Source of the DNA: Candidatus Latescibacterota bacterium
GTDB lineage: Bacteria; Latescibacterota; UBA2968
Assembly: GCA_965198115.1 (NCBI GenBank)
Contig: OZ240241.1
Coordinates: 6,656,001-6,720,000, forward strand
Direction: 5' to 3'
DNA length: 64,000 nucleotides
The notes under the pieces were generated by a model. It had not been told where the DNA came from, ran no database searches, and saw nothing but the letters and a program-made list of their open reading frames with translations. The translations under genes and the position numbers were made by a program. Positions 40,689 through 50,098 of the stretch are shown here, piece after piece (position 1 is the stretch's first letter; each line of letters begins with the position of its first letter).

Positions 40689-41972
40689 TCAGGCGGCTGC
40701 GATGGCGCTACGTGTGCCTTTCAGGTCGAAACAGTCGTACTGGTTGTCGTGCATGATCCGTGACGCTACGGAGATGGCCTGTTGTTCTGTGAGCAAGCCT
40801 TCCGCGACTTCGGTTTCCATCGCCCGAGTGAACCATTTTCGCATCTGGATGGCATATGCGGCGGCGCTCGTGGGCCAACGGGTGTCGCCTCCGAACCCGA
40901 AGAGTTTGTTGACGGGAACGGCGTGGATGAATCGGCGAACGAAGTCGCTGGAACTGAAAGGATCGATCGACCAAGCCCAGCAGAGGTCGATAAAGACGTT
41001 GGGATAATGCTTGGCCAGCGCGATCAGCTCCCGGTCGTAGGGGTAAGCGATGTGCATGAGTACGAATCGGCATTCGAGGTACTTTGCCAACAGGGGGCAC
41101 ATGTTACCAGCGGCGATGCGGCTGACGGGCATGCGATCGTTTCCCGCGTAGTAGCCCGTGTGAATCTTGAAGGGAAGGTTGTGCTCGATGGCCAGCTCGA
41201 CACCCCGGGCCCAGCACCAGTCCCCCAGACAGAGTTGAGTGGGAACGGAAGACACGCCACCCAGGATGTGGGAAAGGGCTCGGGCGGCGTCGCTGTCGGA
41301 GCGATCTTCCCACTGAAGTGTGCGTGAATACGCGTGTTGGGCTTTAACGGCGATGGCGGTCGGGCCGTGCTTGGCGAACAGCGCCGTCATGGCTTCGCGG
41401 AGCGTCGAGAGGTCTTTGACGTCAATGCCGGTTTCCTCGTGAATCGCGGCGGGGTCGATGGTGCCCCCGCAGAATCCTGCCCAGGAGAGGTCGTAGAGGA
41501 AGAAGTCGGGACCGGATTCGTCGGGTGTGCAGGGCCAGCAGAAGTCGTCCGTCTGGATATGGTCGAGTCCGGCCCGGTCGCGGAGGAGCTTGAGACGCTC
41601 CCCCGGCTGTCGAAGCTGCTTGAGCTCTTGCTGAGCGTCTGCGAGGGTCCGGGAAGTCAGTTCTTCGACGCCATAGATCTCGGACGCGATCAGACGCACG
41701 GCCTCTCCATAGCCCGTGAACTGGGTTGCTTCCCACGCATCGCGGATCCCGTCGAATCGGTCTTCGACCGCATCGGTCCGGCCATTCATGAGGCGATCCA
41801 TCGCGCTCGGCGAGGCGCCGGCCGTCCTGAGATCGGCGGTCACGTAGTTGCCGAACAGATCCTGAAGGATATCGGGGCCCTCTTCGAGCCACGGGGTCTC
41901 TCTGTTTAGATGTTCGTGGGTATCGCAGAGTGCGAGTGTCTCGATGTGCCGTGCAAGATCGGTCATGATCAC
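40689..41972 (-). CDS. Amidohydrolase superfamily protein (uronate-isomerase-like / Amidohydro_2)
   Basis: DTHEH, KIHTG, LMHIAYP, DLCW, FGGD. Confidence 0.8.
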   Translation of the reverse strand: MIMTDLARHIETLALCDTHEHLNRETPWLEEGPDILQDLFGNYVTADLRTAGASPSAMDRLMNGRTDAVEDRFDGIRDAWEATQFTGYGEAVRLIASEIYGVEELTSRTLADAQQELKQLRQPGERLKLLRDRAGLDHIQTDDFCWPCTPDESGPDFFLYDLSWAGFCGGTIDPAAIHEETGIDVKDLSTLREAMTALFAKHGPTAIAVKAQHAYSRTLQWEDRSDSDAARALSHILGGVSSVPTQLCLGDWCWARGVELAIEHNLPFKIHTGYYAGNDRMPVSRIAAGNMCPLLAKYLECRFVLMHIAYPYDRELIALAKHYPNVFIDLCWAWSIDPFSSSDFVRRFIHAVPVNKLFGFGGDTRWPTSAAAYAIQMRKWFTRAMETEVAEGLLTEQQAISVASRIMHDNQYDCFDLKGTRSAIAAA

Positions 41973-42085
41973 CTCCAGGTCGCGTTCAGGGCTTCGAGTT
42001 TCTCTTAGAAACTGTTGACGGATCCCTCAGGCAAAAGATGTAGGTAATCCGCTTAGAAGTCTTGCTGAAAGAGTCCAAAACACAA

Positions 42086-42113
42086 AGGGTCGAATCCAGA
42101 TGGATTCGACCCT
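42086..42113 (-). terminator. Intrinsic terminator after ferredoxin
   Basis: AGGGTCGAATCCA-GA-TGGATTCGACCCT. Confidence 0.7.
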
Positions 42114-42140
42114 AATTGCATTTTTGATTTGGGCTAAAGT

Positions 42141-42404
42141 TTAATCGAATGCCTTGTAGTTAACGTCGATCCACTCCTTCCACTCCTCGGGCGTGTCTTC
42201 TTCCGCGAAGATGGCTTCCACCGGGCATTCGGGCTCGCAGGCCCCACAGTCGATGCATTCTTCAGGATGGATGTAGAGCATCGGTTTACGATCTTCCTCT
42301 GCGAGGTTTGTGGCGTCGGCTTCGTAAATGCAGTCGACCGGGCAGACCTCCACGCAGGCTCTGTCCATCACATCGACGCAAGGTTCTGCAATGATATACG
42401 TCAT
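42141..42404 (-). CDS. fdxA: 7Fe (3Fe-4S/4Fe-4S) ferredoxin
   Basis: [31 protein letters not shown]. Confidence 0.92.
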   Translation of the reverse strand: MTYIIAEPCVDVMDRACVEVCPVDCIYEADATNLAEEDRKPMLYIHPEECIDCGACEPECPVEAIFAEEDTPEEWKEWIDVNYKAFD

Positions 42405-42500
42405 TTGCTTTCACCCCTTTCCCCTGGATTCACGGGACAATTTTTCGATTTTCAGCAAAACGGTGCGGTAAATCAAGGGGAAACCCCCGATTCCTCGGGG

Positions 42501-42528
42501 AATATATAGATTCCGATCCTTTTGTCAA
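42501..42528 (-). promoter_or_regulatory. Putative sigma70 promoter for ferredoxin
   Basis: Minus strand TTGACA-N16-TATATT. Confidence 0.55.
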
Positions 42529-42546
42529 GGATCACGGAAAAAAGAT

Positions 42547-43116
42547 TCAACCACCAATATTTTCAAGCAGTTGCGACGGAGAGAAGGCTCCATCAGCCTC
42601 GATATCGAGCGTAAATCTCTGGCGAGCGTCCTCCAGGCGTTGGGTCTGGGTCGATTCACGTCCGTAGAGTCGAGAGAGGAGATCGTCGACGTCGTCCTGG
42701 ACGTTCTTCTGCGTGGTTTCGTCGTTACGCGCGTTCAGTCGATCGTTGAGGACGATCTGTGTCCGCTCGCCCGTGAAATGGATGCCACCATCCAGGGCTG
42801 GATCGTCCTCGAGCCGGGTAGCCGCTTTGAGCGCAGCACGAACGGTGGTTTCCAGGCGGTCGGCGAGCGATCCTTCGAGGTCGTGCTTGCGGGTGTAGAG
42901 GAAACCAAACCTTCCGCGCGTGTTGTCGAGCGCATAGTTGGCGTTGTGTCCGACGAGGATGGTGACGGGTCCGTTCTGAACGTGGCTGTAGTCAGCCACA
43001 TCGACGAGCACGTCGTCGTCGGGCCGGGGAATCCACGTGTTGAAGACCCGGAACCAGGTCTCCGGTTCGAGGTCTCCCCCCTTGTCCATGAAGATTTTGA
43101 AGCTGATGCTGTCCAT
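42547..43116 (-). CDS. Conserved hypothetical protein downstream of sulfite reductase
   Basis: 189-aa ORF, VFNTWI..LVDVADYSHVQNGP..LVGH, LNDRL; tightly spaced. Confidence 0.7.
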   Translation of the reverse strand: MDSISFKIFMDKGGDLEPETWFRVFNTWIPRPDDDVLVDVADYSHVQNGPVTILVGHNANYALDNTRGRFGFLYTRKHDLEGSLADRLETTVRAALKAATRLEDDPALDGGIHFTGERTQIVLNDRLNARNDETTQKNVQDDVDDLLSRLYGRESTQTQRLEDARQRFTLDIEADGAFSPSQLLENIGG

Positions 43117-43134
43117 GTTCCCGTTTAGACTATC

Positions 43135-45366
43135 TCAGGCTGTGACGACGTTCATGCGGCCGTAACAGGCGTGGGCGCTCTCTATGAAGAGCTGGGCCTC
43201 TTCGATGATCTGGTGAGCGGTGTCGCGATTGTGGGTCGTCGGCTTCTCTGCGTAGTGCCGGAAGAGATAGTTGGCGAACTTTCCGTGCGCGAAGTTGTCC
43301 CAAAACAGCTGCGTGTCGTAGAACCGGGTACGAAATTCGGCTACGATTTTGTCCGGATCTTCGGGAATGTCCAAATATTGGGTTTTGACGAGCGCTTTCG
43401 CGGCGTGGAGCATCGCGTCGAACGCCTTCTGATGAGCCTCCTCGAATTCCCCGCCGTCGAGATGGATCAGCGCTTCGAAGGCCTCCCGTTCGCTGCCCTG
43501 CAGTTCGACCTCGATGAGGGGAACGATTTCGCCGGCGCACTCACCCTTGCCCATATCACCGATCGTAAACTCTCGTGTGTCACCCCAATCGGTGTAGTAG
43601 GTGGCGTCATCTTCGTGGGCGGGGACGGAGGTCAGGTCTTCGAGCATTTCTTTGATTTTGACCTTGCCGACCCGGCTGATGAAGCTCTGGAAGGACTCAT
43701 CTCCCTCCCGCTGCGTGAGATACGCCTCGGTCATGGTCGTGACGACGTCCGGGATCCGCTTTGACGGCACAGCCCCGATAGCCAGACCATAGGCGCCAGC
43801 ATTTTCGGTCCATTGTCCACCGAGGATGACCTGAAAGTGCGGGACCTGATACTCGCCGGCCTTGCGACTGATGCCGTAGAACCCGAGGTCGGAGATATGG
43901 TGCTGACCGCACGAGTTGAAGCAGCCGCTGATCTTGATGCGAAAGTGCTTGATGGCGGCGTCGAGCGTCTGGCTCTGGGCGGCCAATCGGGTTCGCAGTT
44001 CGGCGGCCAGGCCACGGGATGAGGCGATGCCGAGTTTGCACGTGTCGGTGCCCGGGCACGCGGTGACGTCCACGATGGTGCCGGCACCGGGATCGCCGAG
44101 CCCGGCGCCCCTCAAGGCTTTGTAGACGTCTGGAAGGTCGGCCTCGCTGACCCAGCGGAGGACGATGTTCTGTTCGACGGTCGTGCGAATGGTGTCTTTG
44201 ACGTGCGCGCGAGCGATGTCGGCGATGGCCCTGAACTGGTCGGACGTCGCGTCGCCGAGGGGCAGCGTGACTGTGACGACGCCATACCCTTCCTGGCGCT
44301 GTTTGTAGACGTTGGTATCTGCCCATTCTGCGTAACCGTCTGGTTGGGCCACGCCGTTGAGGGCCACGGCGTCGACGAGAGGCTCCTCGTCGGTGACGGT
44401 GAGGTCTTTCAGGTAGGCCGTCCACGCGGGATCTTCGGGCATGATCTTTTGCTCTTCGACGATGAGGCGTTTGAATTCGTCGATGCCTAGTTTGGCGACG
44501 AGGAACTTCACCCGGGCCCGGGCGCGGTTGTTCTTTTCGCCGAGGCGCGCGAACACGCGGGCGATGGCCTGCGCCGTCGGTAGCAGGTCCTCTTCGGACA
44601 GGAATTCGTCGTAGAGCTTGGCCTGATGGGGAACGGCACCGAGGCCGCCACCCACGTAAGTTTCGAAACCGCGCTTCCCGTCTTTGACGACAGCGATGCA
44701 GCCGAAGTCGTGCATGGCGACGAGGCCGCAGGCTTCGTGACGGCAGCCGGAGAAGGCAATCTTGAATTTTCGCCCGAAGTCCTGGCAATCGGGGTGGCCG
44801 AGCAGGAATTGCGCAAGCGCGCGCGTATAGGGCGTGACGTCGAACGTTTCGGTCTGGCAGACGCCCGAGAGGGGGCAGGCGGTGACGTTTCGGATCGAGT
44901 TACCGCAGGCCTCGCGGGTGGTGATGCCGATGGCGGCGAGACGACGCATGAGGGAGGGTGTGTCGTCGATGTGGACGTAATGGAGCTGGATGTCCTGGCG
45001 CGTCGTGATGTGGAGGATGCTGTCGGAGTATTCTTCGGCGAGGTCCGCTAAGACTTCGAGCTGATCGGCCGTGACACCGCCGAACGGGATCTTGATGCGC
45101 TGCATGCCAGGTGCATCCCAGACGGTGTTGACGCCCTTTGTTTGCCCTTCCTGGTAGGCGAGCTGCTGGGTCGTCACGCCGTCGAAACGCTGGCCGTTAT
45201 CGTAGCGCTGGCCGTAGACACCCCGTCGCAGGCGAGTCTCGCCGAAGAGCTCGTCGGTCATCTTGTCCTGTTGTTTGAGCTCCATTTGCGTTTCGTAGAT
45301 GTTGATCTCTTCTGCGAGCACTGCAGGGATCCGATCGCCCAACGCTTCTTTCCAGGTCGTGCCCAT
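43135..45366 (-). CDS. Nitrite/sulfite reductase (siroheme, 4Fe-4S) with C-terminal HEPN-like domain
   Basis: RLRRGVYGQR, HITTRQDIQ, ACGNSIRN, RKFKIAFSGC, ACPGTDTC..SGCFNSCGQH; tail AFDAMLHAAKALV. Confidence 0.9.
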   Translation of the reverse strand: MGTTWKEALGDRIPAVLAEEINIYETQMELKQQDKMTDELFGETRLRRGVYGQRYDNGQRFDGVTTQQLAYQEGQTKGVNTVWDAPGMQRIKIPFGGVTADQLEVLADLAEEYSDSILHITTRQDIQLHYVHIDDTPSLMRRLAAIGITTREACGNSIRNVTACPLSGVCQTETFDVTPYTRALAQFLLGHPDCQDFGRKFKIAFSGCRHEACGLVAMHDFGCIAVVKDGKRGFETYVGGGLGAVPHQAKLYDEFLSEEDLLPTAQAIARVFARLGEKNNRARARVKFLVAKLGIDEFKRLIVEEQKIMPEDPAWTAYLKDLTVTDEEPLVDAVALNGVAQPDGYAEWADTNVYKQRQEGYGVVTVTLPLGDATSDQFRAIADIARAHVKDTIRTTVEQNIVLRWVSEADLPDVYKALRGAGLGDPGAGTIVDVTACPGTDTCKLGIASSRGLAAELRTRLAAQSQTLDAAIKHFRIKISGCFNSCGQHHISDLGFYGISRKAGEYQVPHFQVILGGQWTENAGAYGLAIGAVPSKRIPDVVTTMTEAYLTQREGDESFQSFISRVGKVKIKEMLEDLTSVPAHEDDATYYTDWGDTREFTIGDMGKGECAGEIVPLIEVELQGSEREAFEALIHLDGGEFEEAHQKAFDAMLHAAKALVKTQYLDIPEDPDKIVAEFRTRFYDTQLFWDNFAHGKFANYLFRHYAEKPTTHNRDTAHQIIEEAQLFIESAHACYGRMNVVTA

Positions 45367-45471
45367 GGTCTATCCGCCGTTTTAGGATGGGGATTGGAGG
45401 GTATGCGCGTTCGATAACATCAGATAAGTGAGCAATTTAGAGGAAATAGAGGGGTTGTCAACCGCGCGAGG

Positions 45472-46485
45472 TTAGCCCCCGATCTGATACATCTCTATGC
45501 GCTTGAAGTCCTCGCTCGACGTGGCTTCGGTTCGCGTCTCGGAGTACCGATCTGCCCGGTCTGTCCAGATGTCGTCGATGCGCTGTCGTAAGTCGTCGTC
45601 GCTCGCTCCCCCTCGAAGGAGGGGACGCAGGTCGATGCCATCGGATGCGAATAGACACGTGACCAGCTTTCCATCGGTCGACAGTCGGGCACGCGTGCAG
45701 TTTCCGCAAAAAGGCTGCGTCACCGAGGCAATGATCCCGATCTCTCCGCCCCCGTCGAGATACCGATATCGTTGAGCGACTTCGCCGCGATAGTTTGGTT
45801 CCACCGGCTCGAGAGGCAGGACATCGTGAATCCGTGCGACGATTTCCTCGGCGGGGACGACGTGATCGACCTGCCAGCCATTGCGGGTTCCCACGTCCAT
45901 GTACTCGATGAAGCGGAGGATGTGTGAAGTTCCGTGAAACTGTCGTGCGAGGGGGACGATTTCGTTGTCGTTGTCGCCCCGTTTGATGACGGCATTGATC
46001 TTGATCGGGCGGAACCCCGTTGCCTCTGCTGTCTGGATGGCGTTCAAAATGGTGTCAGGTGATTCGTCTCGGCCCGCCATCAGACGAAAGACGACGGGGT
46101 CGAGGGCATCCAGGCTGAAGGTGACCCGACGGAGGCCCGCCGTCTTGAGGGTCTCGGACAGGGCGGCGAAGCGAACGCCGTTCGTCGTGAGGGTCAGGTC
46201 GCGTAGACCGGGGATGGCGGAGAGATCGCCGATCAGGATTTCGATTTGGCGTCGCAGGAGCGGTTCGCCCCCGGTGATTCGAATCTTTTCAGCGCCGAGG
46301 CCGACGAAGATGCGCGCGAGCCGGGTGATTTCTTCGAAAGTGAGGATCTCTTCGCGCGGGAGGAATTCGTAACTCTCGCCGAAAATCTCGGCCGGCATAC
46401 AGTAGGGGCAGCGGAAGTTACAGCGATCAGTGACGGAGATACGCAGGTCCCTCAGCGGGCGGCCGAGGGTGTCGTGGGGAGGCAT
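45472..46485 (-). CDS. moaA: GTP 3',8-cyclase
   Basis: LRISVTDRCNFRCPYC, TGGEPLLR, FCGNCTRAR..TCLF, C-terminal IGG. Confidence 0.95.
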   Translation of the reverse strand: MPPHDTLGRPLRDLRISVTDRCNFRCPYCMPAEIFGESYEFLPREEILTFEEITRLARIFVGLGAEKIRITGGEPLLRRQIEILIGDLSAIPGLRDLTLTTNGVRFAALSETLKTAGLRRVTFSLDALDPVVFRLMAGRDESPDTILNAIQTAEATGFRPIKINAVIKRGDNDNEIVPLARQFHGTSHILRFIEYMDVGTRNGWQVDHVVPAEEIVARIHDVLPLEPVEPNYRGEVAQRYRYLDGGGEIGIIASVTQPFCGNCTRARLSTDGKLVTCLFASDGIDLRPLLRGGASDDDLRQRIDDIWTDRADRYSETRTEATSSEDFKRIEMYQIGG

Positions 46486-46491
46486 CAGACT

Positions 46492-47073
46492 CTAGTAGGT
46501 TTCGGCCATGGTGATGGCGTCGTCGAACTGCGATTTGTCGACGATGGCCCCACGGATGGAGGCCTCGTAGAGGTAGGTGCCCTTGAGGGTGGCGCCTCTC
46601 AGGTCGACCCCTTTGAAATCGGTGGCGTTGACGAGGGCGTCGGTGAGGTTCGCATCTTTGAAGGAGGTGGCGCGTCCTGACGCGTTTGGAAAGGCGGCCT
46701 GGAGAACGCCTAGACGGGCTTGCGTCAGGTTTGCCCGGCTGAAGTCGGCACCGCCGACGTTGGCTCCGGAAAGGAACGCCCAGACGAGACTGGCACCCTG
46801 CAGGTTTGCCGCAAGCAGGTTCGCCGCGACGAGATAGGCTTTGTCGAGGTTGGCTTTGCTCAGGTTCGCCTCGCTGAGGTTCGATTCGTGGAACTTGGCT
46901 TCGACCAGCGTCGCGCCCGAAAGGTTCGCCCCCGATAGATCGGCCTGGCTGAAGTCGGATCCCGATAGATTTTCCCCGGACAGATCGATGCCCGCGAGGT
47001 TGGCGCCGACGAGGCTCGACGTTTCCTGAAGCTGTTGGAGTACTTCTTCCTTCGAGAGCGATGGGCCTGCCAT
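46492..47073 (-). CDS. Pentapeptide repeat protein
   Basis: Tandem A(N/D)LxG units such as ANLAG, ADLSG, ANLSK. Confidence 0.9.
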   Translation of the reverse strand: MAGPSLSKEEVLQQLQETSSLVGANLAGIDLSGENLSGSDFSQADLSGANLSGATLVEAKFHESNLSEANLSKANLDKAYLVAANLLAANLQGASLVWAFLSGANVGGADFSRANLTQARLGVLQAAFPNASGRATSFKDANLTDALVNATDFKGVDLRGATLKGTYLYEASIRGAIVDKSQFDDAITMAETY

Positions 47074-47115
47074 CCTGCGATTCCTCCGAGCGGCTTCGCC
47101 GCACGTGTTGAGAGT

Positions 47116-47136
47116 TCAGAAGTCAGAGGTCAGGGA
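47116..47136. repeat. Heptamer tandem repeat (TCAGRRR)
   Basis: TCAGAAG TCAGAGG TCAGGGA. Confidence 0.5.
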
Positions 47137-47201
47137 GCAACCGTTCCATTGGTCACGTACCGTGAGCCGACCGGACCCTTTGAGCCGGTTACTTGAGTGA
47201 G

Positions 47202-47229
47202 AATATATGGGATGGGGCAGAGACGTCAA
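47202..47229 (-). promoter_or_regulatory. Putative sigma70 promoter for pentapeptide-moaA unit
   Basis: Minus strand TTGACG-N16-TATATT. Confidence 0.5.
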
Positions 47230-47301
47230 TGTATTAGTGGCCACTCGAGAGATTCTAAATGACCATGATACAATGAGTTATGCAGCCGAGGGCCGGCGTT
47301 T

Positions 47302-47347
47302 CCGCCTTCGCCAAGGCTTCGGCGGGCAGGAAGTGTTCGGTATTCAG
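47302..47347. repeat. REP-like hairpin abutting heptamer repeat
   Basis: CCGCCTTCGCCAAGGCTTCGGCGGGCAGG followed by GTGTTCG GTATTCAG. Confidence 0.55.
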
Positions 47348-47517
47348 CGGAAGGCGATCATCACGCACGAGACAATGTCACCCCGGTAGGCTTCTTAGGA
47401 GCCTGTCCCGACCGTATGGGAGGGAGGGTCCATTTTCCCGCGAGTACTGTTGCGAGGTGTCCTAGGAGACGCTTATTCTTGGCCTCTAGTCTATGACTCG
47501 AAAGGAAAGGACGACTC

Positions 47518-48909
47518 ATGACGAACCCCCATCTTGAAATCGATCGGCTGATGCTGGGCGATATACACACGTCTAACGACTCGATGGACAACCTGACGGT
47601 TCTGTGCGACGACTTCGGCTCTCGGTTCGGCGGCACGGAGGGTGAGCGCTCGGCTGCCCGGTTCTTCGTCGAGCTGTTCAAATCCTACGGGCTGAAGAAT
47701 GTGCGGAGAGAGCCGTATACCTACGCGTCCTGGTCTCGTGGCACGACGACGCTGGAACTCGTTACACCTCTGAAGAAGGACATTCCGTGCATCGCTCTGC
47801 CTTACTGTCCGAGTGCGACAATCGAGGCGGAGATGGTGGACGTCGGCGATGGAGCGCCCGCAGACTTCGAAGCGCTGGGGAGACGGATGCGGGGCAAGCT
47901 GGTGATGGCGACCAGCCGTCCGCCGATTGGCCTGGGGAGAAACGTGCACCGATCGGAGAAGTATGCGCGGAGCGCGCTCGGTGGCGCGGTGGGGTTCATA
48001 TTCATGAATCATTATGACGGTCTCGGGCCTGCGACGGGCAGTATCGCTGACAACAGAGAAGCATTGATGCCCGGGGTCTCGGTTTCGAAGGAGTGGGGGA
48101 GTTACCTTCAGCGGCTCCAGGCGAGGAAAGGTCCGATCAGGCTGAAGCTGAAGACGCGGAACCGAACACGTGCTCGCCAATCGTGGAACGTCATCGGAGA
48201 GTTGCCCGGTAATCGATACGACGATCAGTGGGTGATGACGGGCTGTCATTACGACGGTCACGACATCTCGCAGGGCGCCATGGATCCGATCTCTGGGATG
48301 GTGGCGATTCTCGAATCCGCCCGTGTGCTATCACGCCACGCGAAGGATCAAATCGCTTGCGGCATTCGCTTCACGGCCTTCGGGACGGAGGAGATCGGAC
48401 TGATCGGGGCGCGGGAGTACGTGGACGCGCACGAGGACGAGCTGGATCAGATTCGGCTGTTGATGAACATGGATTCAGCGGGTGGCGCGGGGCGAAAGGG
48501 GATCATCGCGCACCGACGTCCCGAACTGGATGTGTTTTTCGAGCGTGCGAAGGTCCAGATGGCCTATGACATGCCATATGGTCAGGGCATGTCCGCTTTC
48601 TCGGATCACTTCCCGTTCTTCAACGCGGGCGTTCCCACGTGTGGTATGGGAGATGTGGAGGCCGTTTTCACGGGCCGGGGATTCGGCCATACGGCATTCG
48701 ATACGATGGACAAGATCAAGCTGGCCGACCTGCGAGAGGCCGCTTCGGTCCTTTCCCGTCTGATTTTACGGGTGGCGTGCGAGGAGAAGTGGCCGGCCAA
48801 GCGCTGGTCGCCGCGTCAGGTCGAGCGCGTGTCGAAGAAGGACGCCAATCTGGAGATCGTGAAAGTGGAGGCGGAGCTCGGAAAACTGTATCGAAGGAAA
48901 AGGAAATAG
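47518..48909 (+). CDS. M28-family metallopeptidase with PA domain
   Basis: SRFGGTEGE, GCHYDG, GAMD, FGTEEIGLIG, NMDS, SDHFPF, HTAFD. Confidence 0.88.
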   Translation: MTNPHLEIDRLMLGDIHTSNDSMDNLTVLCDDFGSRFGGTEGERSAARFFVELFKSYGLKNVRREPYTYASWSRGTTTLELVTPLKKDIPCIALPYCPSATIEAEMVDVGDGAPADFEALGRRMRGKLVMATSRPPIGLGRNVHRSEKYARSALGGAVGFIFMNHYDGLGPATGSIADNREALMPGVSVSKEWGSYLQRLQARKGPIRLKLKTRNRTRARQSWNVIGELPGNRYDDQWVMTGCHYDGHDISQGAMDPISGMVAILESARVLSRHAKDQIACGIRFTAFGTEEIGLIGAREYVDAHEDELDQIRLLMNMDSAGGAGRKGIIAHRRPELDVFFERAKVQMAYDMPYGQGMSAFSDHFPFFNAGVPTCGMGDVEAVFTGRGFGHTAFDTMDKIKLADLREAASVLSRLILRVACEEKWPAKRWSPRQVERVSKKDANLEIVKVEAELGKLYRRKRK

Positions 48910-49102
48910 AGTTGTGCATCCGGCGCGCTGTGGATGTACAAATATCAAGGATGGGGAGGCTGATAGCGCGGGCTGATCGAGCGAATCAGGTTGCTCCCCA
49001 GTCGGTGGCGGAAAGGCGAGTGAGCCCGACAAGATGCCGTGTCAGGGCAAAACCAGCGCCATCATCCGTAAGCGTAAAGCCCGCATTGTGACTAGCTTTT
49101 AC

Positions 49103-49156
49103 CCGAACACCGAACACCGAACACCGAACACCGAACACCGAACACCGAACACCGAA
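49103..49156. repeat. Perfect heptamer tandem repeat (CCGAACA)x7 plus partial
   Basis: Seven exact copies 49103-49151, then CCGAA. Confidence 0.95.
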
Positions 49157-49170
49157 GTTTCACCCCATCG

Positions 49171-50001
49171 CTACCACATAACCCCACCACTGCAGTTGAT
49201 GTCCTGCCCCGTCATGCTGGCTGAATCGTCCGAGGCGAGGAACAACGCCAGCGACGCCGCGTCTTCCGTTCCCGCACCTCTATCCCCATAGCCCTCGTCA
49301 GCACACCATCGGCCAGCCAGCACACGGTTTGACCTTGGCTGTTTGAATCGGTCGCGAAAAGCCTCTTCGTCGAAGGACTCGTTCTTGTACTCAGCTCTGT
49401 CCCTGGCCAGCTCGAGACTTCTTTCCTCGTGTCCGCCCGGGCAAATGGCGTTGACGTTGATGTTGTAACGACCGACATCCGCTGCCAACGTTCGGGTAAA
49501 CCCGATCACGCCCATCTTGGAGGTCGCATAGGGTGCTCTGTGGGATAGCGGTTGTTTACCCGTGCCGGAGCTGAAGTTGATGATCTTCCCGTAGTTCTTT
49601 CGAATCATCTCGGGGAGTGCAGCCTTACAGCAGAGAAAGAGCGAGTCGAGGTTGACGGCGAGTGTTCGCTTCCATTCCGACAGTGTCATATCCCAGACAT
49701 CTTTCGTCGGTCCTGCGATGCCGACGACGTTCGCGAGAATGTCGATCGTGTTGAAGTGCCGAATCGTCTCCTCGACCATTCGGTTCACCTGGTCCTCCTC
49801 CGACACGTCTGTCTGGAAGCAGGTGACCTTCCCGCCTTCGGCTCTGATCTCAGAACCGATCTTCTCTTCGAGCACCTCCACAGGAACCACATCGCAAACG
49901 GAAACGGCCGCGCCTTCCTTCGCGAACCGTCGGGCTACCGCCTCGGCGTGACCTCTGCCGGCGCCTGTGATCAGCGCGACCTTACCATCCAGCTTTCCCA
50001 T
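49171..50001 (-). CDS. Short-chain dehydrogenase/reductase
   Basis: TGAGRG, NVVG, FSS, YATSK, NAICPG. Confidence 0.92.
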   Translation of the reverse strand: MGKLDGKVALITGAGRGHAEAVARRFAKEGAAVSVCDVVPVEVLEEKIGSEIRAEGGKVTCFQTDVSEEDQVNRMVEETIRHFNTIDILANVVGIAGPTKDVWDMTLSEWKRTLAVNLDSLFLCCKAALPEMIRKNYGKIINFSSGTGKQPLSHRAPYATSKMGVIGFTRTLAADVGRYNINVNAICPGGHEERSLELARDRAEYKNESFDEEAFRDRFKQPRSNRVLAGRWCADEGYGDRGAGTEDAASLALFLASDDSASMTGQDINCSGGVMW

Positions 50002-50098
50002 GAAAGCCTCTTTCCTGTTTCGATTCCTTGGTTCGACGTCGATCGGATGACGACGGGTGTTCTGGAGTCACTACCACGTTCGTGAGGGTTGTGCCGAT

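Noticed and set aside
46492-47073. Qnr/MfpA quinolone resistance protein
   Set aside because: Generic A(N/D)LxG pentapeptide repeats; no specific support
47080-47200. Moco riboswitch ahead of pentapeptide-moaA
   Set aside because: Leader is long enough, but I could not identify the conserved structure by eye; needs an Infernal search
49040-49090. c-di-GMP-I riboswitch (CAGGGCAAA..CGTAAAGCC)
   Set aside because: No GNRA-capped P2 hairpin or convincing pairing, and it lies between convergent genes
49103-49156. CRISPR array
   Set aside because: 7-bp unit without spacers; no cas genes in window
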